Made by a program: the position numbers and the translations under genes. A DNA stretch of 59,435 nucleotides, filler included, from Asterionella formosa (taxonomy: Eukaryota): assembly GCA_002256025.1 (NCBI GenBank). It is 8 parts of 8 records of this genome, joined end to end, with 100 filler letters (N's around TTAATTAATTAA, not from the genome) between each part and the next. Parts side by side here need not be neighbours in the genome. Positions count along the whole stretch, not along the records: positions 22,346 to 29,689 come from NKIB01012471.1; positions 29,790 to 37,127 come from NKIB01012472.1; 6 more parts are not named here. One strand, written 5' to 3'. Below, piece by piece: positions 23,569-34,746 of the stretch. Each line of letters begins with the position of its first letter. The stretch's first letter is position 1. The notes under the pieces were generated by a model. That model saw only the letters and a program-made list of their open reading frames with translations, was not told the DNA's origin and made no database searches.

Positions 23569-24669
23569 GCAGACAGAATCGTAGTGATACCTCCTTCTTT
23601 AGCAATCGTCACCTTGTTGTTGTCATTCGAAGCCAAGTTCATAAGTGCTCCACAACCATAGTGTTTTTGCAACCCTAATCCCTACCCTACCTATGAGTCC
23701 GTAATACAGTTCGACGTAAATGTCGAATTGTACGGTACCTGGTACCTGGTAACACTGAAATGCAACACTGTCATCTAACCCTGACCCTAATGCAACTGAA
23801 AACAATCATCATCGAAGAAACCTGGGGTAAGTAGCAAAACAAGGATAGCTTTAGCAACAAACCCGGAGGAAAACTTGAAAATTGTAACCCAAACTTGAAA
23901 ATTTTGACTACGGGCATATATTGTTTCCTGAATTTTAGGTGCGGAAACATATAATATCTCCCTCAAGGGCACGTGATCTAACGTAAAATTGATAACCTTC
24001 TTTGTCTAACTAAAACATTGTCACAAGTTGAAAATTCATACATACCTACTTTGTTCTACTAAAAATCGTCATAATTGGAAATTTTGAAAAATATTTGTAT
24101 ACCGTTACCAGGTACACTGTGAATAATAAATCGTTTATTTCTTCCTCAAAGCCATTCGACGTTCGCCGGGAGTGAAATGGTCGAATATACTTTGTTTCCA
24201 CGCGAATCGTTTCAGACAAATATTTCAATTCGGATGTGTTCCGTCATGAATTGCCTGGTCAACCCGAAACAATCGTGATTATTGATTTTTCGCAGTTGAT
24301 TTCTCAATTGCCTTTTTTCTCAACGCTCGCAAGTATCTATAAAAAAGAAATCATTTTATTTGGTAAACCTTGCCAATTTTGTCACACTCTGTACTTGACA
24401 ACAATTAATGTACAAGAAAGTTTTTTTTCACTCAATTTAACTCAACTCTCTTTCTGTTACCCTCACTTTTCTTAAAGATTGAGATTGTTGGATCATTTAT
24501 AACAGCAATTGCGATTGACGAGTTATAAGCGTTCAACTGCGCTTCAAATTTATTGAGCGATACGATTATCCAATCAGTCAAATTGTAAACTGAGCTCTGT
24601 GGTAGAACTACGAACGACGTCCATTTTTAGATGATGAGAAGCGTCAAGAAAAGAAGCGGCAAAGGTAAA

Positions 24670-27600
24670 ATGATGAAATCATCCGACATTCTCGTTTTGT
24701 TTCTTCTTGGTTTGAGCGGTTCTGCAGTGATCGTTGGAGCCGACCGATTGGAGCAACCAGCTGATCCAGCCGCAATAAGACCCAAACCTTCGGTCAAGCT
24801 CGGATTGAAGGAATTCAAGAACCTTTCCCTTTCTGAGCAGGGAGAAGAAGACATGCTTCAAGAGAAATTAATGAACAAATCCAGCAATGGACGAAGCAGC
24901 AACAGGATGGAGATCTCTTCTACTCGTCCTTCCTTGTTGTTTTCATCTTTTGGATCACCTACCTCCCTTGGTATCAATTGTAACACCACTGCCGCTTTCA
25001 TGCGAACTTCCATGCGTTCATTTTTCCGATTTCTTGTTGGCGGAAGGACCCAAGGATCAGAAACGTTAAGCACCGCTGCTACACCCTCCAGTTCTACAAA
25101 AGGAGATGACACGGATGACATTTTACCAAAAACTTTTGGAACGACAGCATCTCTGCAAATTAACAACCAAACTTCAAACCACGATCGTCATCTCAACACA
25201 CGAGGCAACTCTACCCCCCCTGATTCTCGCAAACGTCCTGATAGCGCTGGAAAGTCCAAGAGCAGCAAAAGCAAAGGTGACTCTGGACCTGTAACAGATG
25301 CATCTGCTTGCAGATGCCAATATCCAGGAGAAATCCTAACTGACACGACTCCAGGAAGTAAAAGCGGCAAATCGAATTCTGGAAAAGGCCAATCTAAGTC
25401 AGGGAAGTCCGGGACTCGTACACTTGCCACAACCCCAAGTAAAGGGAGCAAGGGCTCATCTAATTTGGATACCTTTCTTGGCTTTGTTCTTCCCTCCGAC
25501 CATCCCGCTTGCAAGAACGTGATCTTTGTTTGTCCTGGCGAGTCCTATAGTGCCCCATTGTGGGACTACCAATGCACATCACTCGACACGAACACTTACA
25601 GCAAATCTAGTAAGTCTGGAAAATCGGGCAAAGGTAGTAGAGTAAAAGAATTTGAGTACACTCCTTCTTTCAACGATGGTCCCCTGCAACGCGCAAACAA
25701 AGGAAAGGGCAGCACTGCCTCAAAGACTGGTTCTAAGACTTCTCGGAACACTACTTCAAGCGATTCATGGAAAAGCGCTTCAGTAGTAATTCTTCCTCAA
25801 TCCATGTGTCCCCCGGCTGATTGTCAGCCAGTAAACACTCCCAATATGCCAAACAATGGACCCACTGGACCTCATGGAAAGGGGGGCAGTAAGGCAACCA
25901 CTCCTTCTGCATTTGAGACTTCCGTCACCAGTAGCAAGGGATCAGGCAAGGGATCAGGCAAGGGATCAGGCAAGGGATCAGGCAAGGGATCAGGCAAGGG
26001 ATCAAGCAAGGGATCAGGAAAAGGATCAAACAGTGGTAGTAAAGGCAGCAGCAGCGGATCAAGTAAAGGAAGCGACGGAAGCAAAGGCAGCACCGGCAGC
26101 AATAGTAAAGGCTCTAAAAGTCAAAGTGATAAATGTGACACCAAACCTCCAGCTAATGCTCCGACTCCGACAGTTCCACCAAATTTTGCTCCTCCATCTG
26201 GACCAGACACTGCTTTTCCAAGTGAAAATCCAACCTCACGCCCAACGCTAAAGCCAACACCTAGGCCTACTCCTCAACCCACCTTAAAACCATCCCCAGG
26301 GCCAACTCGAAAACCAACTATATTGCCTACGAAAATGCCCACTTTTCCTCCATCTCTAAAGCCAACCCCAGGACCAACCCAACCCCCCACCCCTAGGCCT
26401 ACCCCGCAACCAACGATTAAACCATCGCCTGGACCAACACCATCACCAACGCCAGGTCCAACTCCTCCTCCAACGCAAAAGCCAACTCAAAAACCCACAC
26501 CGTCACCAACACCACCCCCAACACCTGGGCCTACCCCTCAACCAACACTTAAACCATCACCTGGACCAACACCATCACCATCACCAAGGCCCACTCCTCC
26601 ACCAACGCGAAAGCCAACTCTAATACCAACACTCTCCCCGACAACTCCCCCATCACCTGGGCCTACCCCTCAACCAACACTGAAACCATCTCCTGGACCA
26701 ACACCTTCACCAACGCAAGCGCCTACTGCGCAAGCAACGCTTTTTCCCACACTTAAGCCGACTGTTAGCCCTACCCTCCCACCTACTGTAAATCCTACAG
26801 CAAGTCCTACTCTATTTGTGGCACCACCAGTGATGGCAACTGCATTCCCAAGTAGCATTCCAAGCAGCTTCCCAAGTTTGGGTCTCGGTTCCATTTGCGG
26901 AAATGTCTCAGAAGATACTGATAACAATGATGTCGGTAACGTTAACCTCGGAGGCGTTCGCATCACTCTGCTCGATTCTTCCAAAAATGCCTTGACATCT
27001 ACATTTACCAATTCGAATGGCAACTATTGTTTCTACGACTTGCCTTCGGGGAGCTATTATGTCGTGGAGGAGAATCTGAATGGATACATCGACGTGAAGG
27101 ACTCGGACGGCCCTCCTCCAAACAGTATCGCGGTGACGTTGGGTAGTGCGCAGAACAGCACTGGCAACGACTTTGTTGACGAACAGTTGCGTTTGATTAC
27201 AGGACAGGTGTTAGAGGATACCAACAACGATGGAAAGGGAGACACACCGATCCCTGGTGTAAGCGTGACGTTGAATTATCCTAATGGAACCACGGTGACT
27301 GTACTCACTGATTCCAATGGAAACTTCACATTCATTGCCCCTCCTGGAAATTATTTCATCACTGAGGATACTCCTCAAGGCTATACGGATGTGGGAGACA
27401 GTGATGGAGGTAATCTCAACAGCATTTCCGTTGATATCACAAAAGGAAACAGTTTGGACAATTACTTTGTTGATAAGAGAATTACAAAAACACCAACGTT
27501 ATCACCAACTGTCGGTCCCACCTCAAAGCCTACATACATGCCAACGAAAGTACCCACACTGACACCAACTGTAAGCCCAACCAAAACACCTACTGGTAAT

Positions 27601-29689
27601 CCAACCCTATCCCCAACAGTCGGTCTTGGTTCCATTTGCGGAAATGTCTCAGAAGATACTGATAACAATGATGTCGGTAACGTTAACCTCGGAGGCGTTC
27701 GCATCACTCTGCTCGATTCTTCCAAAAATGCCTTGACATCTACATTTACCAATTCGAATGGCAACTATTGTTTCTACGACTTGCCTTCGGGAAGCTATTA
27801 TGTCGTGGAGGAGAATCTGAATGGATACATCGACGTGAAGGACTCGGACGGCCCTCCTCCAAACAGTATCGCGGTGACGTTGGGTAGTGCGCAGAACAGC
27901 ACTGGCAACGACTTTGTTGACGAACAGTTGCGTTTGATTACAGGACAGGTGTTAGAGGATACCAACAACGATGGAAAGGGAGACACACCGATCCCTGGTG
28001 TAAGCGTGACGTTGAATTATCCTAATGGAACCACGGTGACTGTACTCACTGATTCCAATGGAAACTTCACATTCATTGCCCCTCCTGGAAATTATTACGT
28101 CACTGAGGATACTCCTCAAGGCTATTCGGATGTGGGAGACAGTGATGGAGGAAATCTCAACAGCATTTCCGTTGATCTCACAAAAGGAAACAGTTTGGAC
28201 AACTACTTTGTTGATAAGAGAATGACCATATCACCGACATTGCCACCAACGCCAGGTCCCACACCCCAACCATCGCTTAAGCCAACTACGGTACCAACAC
28301 CGTCACCAACGTCTCTCCCGACACCTGTTCCTACCCCGCAGCCGACGCTTAAGCCATCTCCTGGACCAACTCCATCACCAACGCCAGGTCCCACTCTTCT
28401 ACCCACCCTTAAGCCGACACATAGCCCAACCCACACACCGACTCGACAACCCACTCTTCTACCCACACTTAAGCCGACTGTTAGCCCTACCCTCCCACCT
28501 ACTGTAAATCCTACAGCGAGTCCGACGTTTTATGTGGCACCACCAGTGATGGCAACTGCATTCCCAAGTAGCATTCCAAGCAGCTTCCCAAGTTTGGGTC
28601 TCGGTTCCATTTGCGGAAATGTCTCAGAAGATACTGATAACAATGATGTCGGTAACGTTAACCTCGGAGGCGTTCGCATCACTCTGCTCGATTCTTCTAA
28701 AAATGCCTTGACATCTACATTTACCAATTCGAATGGCAACTATTGTTTTTTCGATTTGCCTTCGGGAAGCTATTATGTCGTGGAGGAGAATCTGAATGGA
28801 TACATCGACGTGAAGGACTCGGACGGCCCTCCTCCAAACAGTATCGCGGTGACGTTGGGTAGTGCGCAGAACAGCACTGGCAACGACTTTGTTGACGAAC
28901 AGTTGCGTTTGATTACAGGACAGGTGTTAGAGGATACCAACAACGACGGCAAGGGAGACACACCGATCCCTGGCGTAAGCGTGACGTTGAATTATCCTAA
29001 TGGAACCACGGTGACTGTACTCACTGATTCCAATGGAAACTTCACATTCATTGCCCCTCCTGGAAATTATTACGTCACTGAGGATACTCCTCAAGGCTAT
29101 ACGGATGTGGGAGACAGTGATGGAGGAAATCTCAACAGCATTTCCGTTGATATCACAAAAGGAAACAGTTTGGACAACTTCTTTGTTGATAAGAGAATGA
29201 CCACATCACCGACATCGCCACCAACGCCAGGTCCCACACCTCAACCATCGCTTAAGCCAACTACGGTACCAACACCGTCACCAACGTCTCTCCCGACACC
29301 TGTTCCTACCCCGCAGCCGACGCTTAAGCCATCTCCTGGACCAACACCATCACCAACGCCAGGTCCCACTCTTCTACCCACCCTTAAGCCATCCCCTGGA
29401 CCAACACCATCACCGACACCACTCCCAACACCTGGTCCTACCCCTCAGCCAACACTGAAACCATCTCCTGGACCAACATACATGCCAACGCTAGTACCCA
29501 CACTGACACCAACTGTAAGCCCAACCAAAACACCTACTGGAAATCCAACCCTTTCTCCAACAGTCGGTCTTGGTTCCATTTGCGGAAATGTCTCAGAAGA
29601 TACTGATAACAATGATGTCGGTAACGTTAACCTCGGAGGCGTTCGCATCACTCTGCTCGATTCTTCTAAAAATGCCTTGACATCTACAT
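24670..29689 (+). CDS. Giant secreted or cell-wall protein with a Lys/Ser/Gly-rich silaffin-like region, Pro/Thr repeats and tandem SdrD-B/Cna-B-like domains; 3' truncated
   Basis: Signal peptide [32 protein letters not shown] motifs; PT/PS repeats; [26 protein letters not shown] and [25 protein letters not shown] domains; ORF open to the linker. Confidence 0.88.
25934..26028 (+). repeat. 12-bp coding tandem repeat (gcaagggatcag, GKGS)
   Basis: About 8 near-perfect units. Confidence 0.9.
26881..29689 (+). repeat. Near-identical ~600-bp intragenic units, each encoding a pair of SdrD-B-like domains (starts ~26881, 27622, 28597, 29566 partial)
   Basis: Almost letter-for-letter repeated nucleotide blocks. 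Confidence 0.92.
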
Positions 29690-29789
29690 NNNNNNNNNNN
29701 NNNNNNNNNNNNNNNNNNNNNNNNNNNNNNNNNTTAATTAATTAANNNNNNNNNNNNNNNNNNNNNNNNNNNNNNNNNNNNNNNNNNNN
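29690..29789. other. Artificial contig linker
   Basis: N run with TTAATTAATTAA. Confidence 0.97.
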
Positions 29790-30203
29790 ACGAGCTCGCC
29801 AGTACATGTTGGCTTACCATGCTCTTGATTCTGGCTTATTTGAACCAGAACTGCAACAGCAGCGCTCCAAGCATGGCCCTGTCGAAATCGACAACCTTAT
29901 AAAGAAGATGAAGACACATCGATGTGCCTTGGACTTCGATTACAAGTTTGTAATGAATGTAGATGAATAAAGCGATCGCTGATGTTGTTATATGCTTGTC
30001 AACATTACGTAAACTCATGCATGAATATATTTATCCATAAAATATTCCCTATGCTAATTATCTATCATACTAGGGCTACGGTGGCTACTATATGTACTCT
30101 GAGCATGATTCCAGCCATATGTAAAACTCATATGCACAGGTAGAGTTGTAGCAGGTGTCGTTGCCTGGTAGGTTACCAGGTGCAGGTAGACTAGAGATAC
30201 TGT

Positions 30204-30241
30204 GTACCTGGTACCTGGTACCGGTACCTGGTACCTGGTAC
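30204..30241. repeat. (GTACCTG)n heptamer run
   Basis: About 5 units; the motif recurs in intergenic DNA of most contigs. Confidence 0.8.
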
Positions 30242-30375
30242 AATTGCATAAACTGATAGGCAAAGTCAACCAGGCCCAAAAAGGCCATGCTGATACACAC
30301 GAAGTAGATTCAAAACTCACAAGCAAACAGACGTTCATTTTGATAATACCCAGAAAGTTCAGGGACAACACAACC

Positions 30376-31835
30376 ATGACCAAGAGGGCCAACAATATCC
30401 TCGCCCTGGCACCTCTGGTTCCTGGATTTTACCTTGCCCTATCCTTGTTAGACAATCCGTTTTCAACTGTTCTTCGATGGATCACGAACCTATCCAAGCA
30501 AAGGGAGGTAGCACCCGAGATTCCCCCTATCTCGTCACAGCTACTCGCTTACATTCTGATCGGAGTGGCAGGCTATTGGATGACGAACAAGCTTGTGCCC
30601 AATATTAAGCAATATACATTGAGAAAGGGAATATGTGGGAAGGACTTGGGCAAAAGAGGGACATCAATTGCCGACAAAGATGTTCCAGAAGCGCTTGGTA
30701 TTGTTCCTGGAGCTGTTTTCCTCGTTTGTCTCATCTTCTGCTTGGTCGGTTATGCAACTTCACATCCCGGAAAGGTAAATAAATATGTATGAGCTAGGAA
30801 AATGAGGCGAGCCCAGGTGCATGTAGCATAGCTGAATTTTTATTCTAACGCTCCCCACTCATGGGTCGAACCAACTTCGTCCGCCAGCTCCTAGATGTCA
30901 ATTCTGCCCTACTGTCGATCTGTTTTATGCTTTTTTTGGGTTTCACTGACGATGTACTCGATTGGCCCTGGCGTTACAAGCTCTTTCTTCCTTCAGTTGC
31001 CTCGCTCCCACTCTTATGCTGTTACAATGGCCCTACCAGTATCGTAGTTCCCATTCAGCTCAGATCACTTCTGATGTATGACAATCAAGTCACCATCCTG
31101 GGTGAGCTGGCTAGCATATTCATTACGATTGATAGCAAAACAAATGGTGCCATTGTCAACTTGGGATGGCTGTATTTCTTATACATGGGCATGCTAGCAG
31201 TCTTTTGCACCAACGCAATCAATATCTATGCCGGCATCAATGGACTCGAAGCTGGCCAGTCCTACGTGATTGCATGCGCTGTTTTAGTGCACAACTTAAT
31301 AGAGATTAGGTTGGGTTCCGTGGAAAATCATCTCTTCTCTGTCATGATTATCTTGCCATTTCTCGGGGTTACCCTAGGCTTGCTTCGGCACAATTGGTAC
31401 CCGGCTTCTGTCTTTGTTGGTGATACGTTTTGCTACTTTGCAGGGATGACGTTTGCCGTTGTTGGTATCCTTGGGCACTTTTCCAAAACTCTCTTACTCT
31501 TGTTCATACCTCAGGTTCTCAATTTTCTTTGGTCCACTCCGCAGCTATTCAAATTTGTCCCTTGTCCTCGGCATCGACTTCCTAGGTTTGATTCGGAAAC
31601 TGGCATGATGCGCCCTTCAACATTTCCCTGTAAAGCGAACGAGTTACGGTGGTTGAAGAGAACCCCTAACGACACGGAATGTGCCAATATGACAGTGATC
31701 AACCTGGCCCTACAATTTTTGGGGCCGATGAGTGAACGCCACCTATGTTTGGTTCTGCTAGGCTTCCAAGTATTCTCATGTGCATTTGGTCTCTTTATGA
31801 GGTACTACATAGCACAGTTTTTCTTTGACGAATAG
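30376..31835 (+). CDS. DPAGT1: UDP-GlcNAc:dolichyl-phosphate GlcNAc-1-phosphate transferase; exons 30376-30774 and 30888-31835
   Basis: [67 protein letters not shown]; phase-0 GTAAAT..CAG intron. Confidence 0.95.
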
Positions 31836-32046
31836 GCTAATAATGCTTAGGGAAATGTGTTTGGCACATGTATTACACACTCTCGAGTGAACTATTTTGT
31901 TGGTTTGGCAGGAATGGGGACTAACTCTAGGAAAAATATTATCACAATAACCGCGTTGACCATATCTATGATATTTAGCTGTACATGGGCTTAAAAACAG
32001 TCGACTTGATAGACTCCCAAACCCCTTTTCGATAGGCTCACTATCT

Positions 32047-32328
32047 TTATGACGAGGACGCCCCGTCATCTTTCGTGGTGACTTCTTTCGGTGGCATCCG
32101 TAAAGCAACAGCATGCCCATCAAATTCCTTCAGCACAAGGCTTCCCTTGGCAGTTTCCAATGTAATTAAAGGAGCTTCGCCATTGTGACCTTCCAGCTGC
32201 GATGCTAATCGAACCAAGGACGTGAAGACCCCACTTGTTTTGGAATCCATAGACCCTCTCGTCGCTACGCAAAACCCATTTGAGTTGTTGCAAAGAGCGT
32301 CAATAACTTTGCTTTTCTTAGTCGTCAT
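32047..32328 (-). CDS. LAMTOR5: Ragulator complex subunit LAMTOR5 (roadblock fold)
   Basis: ALCNNSNGFCVATRG..SGVFTSLVRLASQL..PLITLET..LVLKEFDGHAVAL aligns by eye with the LAMTOR5/HBXIP pattern LCxDxxGLxL..G..A..L..PxVxLE..G.TVAV. Confidence 0.8.
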   Translation of the reverse strand: MTTKKSKVIDALCNNSNGFCVATRGSMDSKTSGVFTSLVRLASQLEGHNGEAPLITLETAKGSLVLKEFDGHAVALRMPPKEVTTKDDGASSS

Positions 32329-33858
32329 GGTTCTTGTCGGTTTGCGATAGATAGATAGTATACGGTATGTTATTGTCTGAAAACAGCAGGACGACAAGGG
32401 GCTAACTTACCACTATTTGAGGAAGGAAGTGACACATTGCAAAAAAGGTCCGCTGGTTCGGTTTGCCTCCGGTTGATTTCTTGACAAAACCGGTGGTAAT
32501 ACTGTTTTATCCATGAATATTAGCAATAGACACATAGCAGTCTAGACAATGACTGAACACGCCGGCTGTACCAGTAGCTGTACATAACGGTATCAAGCGT
32601 GAATTACGCCCGGTAGAACCAGCCTGTTACCTGGTACCAGGTACTGGTAATGGTATCCTACATAGGCCACCAGTACACCAGGTAGGAATCAAGATTCCCG
32701 GGTCCCGCCTCAGCCTTCATTAACTGCCTCAATATGGTCAGACATGCATAGCATGGACCTTTAGTGCTCTTTCTACGTAGAATAATAAACTCGAAGAATA
32801 TGGTACCTGGTACCTGGTACCTGGTAGCTGGTAATAAGTTACGAAGTATGAATGACTATTTGTGTTCCAAGTACCCCGGGTTGAGAATGACTCGGAGGAC
32901 CCAAATATAGTACCAGGTACCAGGTACCGGTAGTTAGGACTGTTCTGACCGTGTGGGTGGGGGATCGTAAAAAATTGCTTGGCCTGAACGGCATAGAAGC
33001 CATCACATGGCCAATTCGGATTGAATCCTCAAAACAATGAGATAACTACCGGTAGACCGAGCCGATTCCTTATTTGTGCTAACCCTCTCCTCCATTTGGC
33101 AGGACTAAAATGTGACCCAGGGCTAATTGTCAGCCACTTACCGGTAGGAGTTGCTCGTCTGCACTTATGTCCTCATTTGCTTTAGCCACGTCTCACCAAC
33201 ATTTCTCGAGATAACTGTGAAATTACTTAGTATCCTTTTTGTTAAAAGTTGACAAAAATCGGAATGTAGCTACAATGCAAATACTAGTCGATGCATCAAT
33301 CTTTAGTATGTATGATATGAATAGCCGAACTGCCGTTAAGAGCAACGTCTGTCGTTTCGTCGAGTATAGAATAGTATTGTATATAGCGGCAGGGGTGAGG
33401 AGTCCAACATCCAGGACTGGAAACGTTCCACCACGTGGAGAAACTAGAATAGTAATCGCGCCGAACGCCGCCCTAAACGTTTCGCCATTCACTCAGAAGC
33501 TGTTCTACTCTATTTTAATCACGGAATAAAGTAACAAGAAAGCCATTGAAAACGGGGCAATGAAATACACACATCTTAACGACAGTCTCCTAGAGATGGT
33601 GCTCGACAATTCAACGAAGGCAATTTTCTACTTTTGGAAATTTCTGGCCAAATGGCAGTACATACATCCGAATAAAGCGACAGCATCACACATGATTATT
33701 GAAATCCTGAATCAGACTACCGATAATGATCCGACCATTGTGGATGTTTTAGATGTGTTGGAATTCACCCTGGCAGCGATCGAACTTATTTCACACCAGT
33801 GTTTCTTCAATTCCTTATACGCCAAGTAATCGCAAAGAAATAAAACAATAGATTCATA

Positions 33859-34224
33859 TTAATTCTGCTGCGCAGAATTGGAATTATTGCTGGAAGCCGA
33901 CGTGCCTGCACTGACTTGCAATGTCGCAGCAGTTGGATGGTCCAATTGATCTAGGCCCAAATCATTCCACCCTTGCTCACGACGGCGTCGTTCTGCAGCA
34001 TTGTTTGCAGCAGTCACCGAAGTACCAGTCGCGACGACTGCTGCGTCTGCGTCCAGTTCGCCATCTTCCATCAAGGGTATTTCATGATGATTAGTATCAA
34101 TCTCATCGTCACTGAGCTTATCAGCAGCGAAGTCGTCGTCAACGAGTTCCAGCGCGGGGGGACGTCCAGCTGTTGAGAATGGCCGCCGATGGCGCGTAAC
34201 ACTGACGTACGAGCTGTCGGACAT
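33859..34224 (-). CDS. APC13: Anaphase-promoting complex subunit 13 (Apc13/Swm1)-like
   Basis: LELVDDDFAADKLSDDEI and REQGWNDLGLDQL resemble the Apc13 blocks LDLIDDAWREDKLP and EMKWTDLALQYL. Confidence 0.75.
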   Translation of the reverse strand: MSDSSYVSVTRHRRPFSTAGRPPALELVDDDFAADKLSDDEIDTNHHEIPLMEDGELDADAAVVATGTSVTAANNAAERRRREQGWNDLGLDQLDHPTAATLQVSAGTSASSNNSNSAQQN

Positions 34225-34746
34225 TGTTCAGTATCACACTACGATACTATGTTGGGCCATCTATTAACTATAGATGGATGAAATAAAGGAGGAGTGCGAT
34301 GAGCAAAATGCGTTGTTTCTTATGCACATCAATATAATATCTTGTCCATCGTCCGCTCCCTCACAATTTTCTCACCATGTTTTTTTGTCCTCCTCCTATT
34401 TCATACATTCATGTACAGGAATACCGGTAGACTACCTGGTACCGTAGGTCTACTCCAATAAGATTACAAAGGAATTGTACATACCGTCGCGGTATCATTG
34501 ATGTTTTTTGGGGGGCTTAGTATCTTATTGCAGCTGTGTACGTAGTGTGTTGATGGTAACCTGGTACCAGGTACCTGGTAGTTCCAGTATCCATGCCGAT
34601 ATCATGCTACCGGTATTTACGGGTAAATATACCCGCCTGCGTATTATATTGGGCCGTTGGTCCTTGCTTCGTATAATAAAAGTAAGGAATCTTCGCTCTC
34701 GTATGTACTGTTACTACATCCATGGAATTTGAGAGCAACCAAGACG

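Noticed and set aside
16253..29689. Apparent clustering of a CO2-concentrating gene with a silica or adhesion gene
   Set aside because: They lie on different contigs separated by an artificial linker
33223..33829. Overlapping 89-96 aa ORFs on both strands downstream of APC13
   Set aside because: No recognisable motif or consistent splice model; may be UTR or decayed sequence
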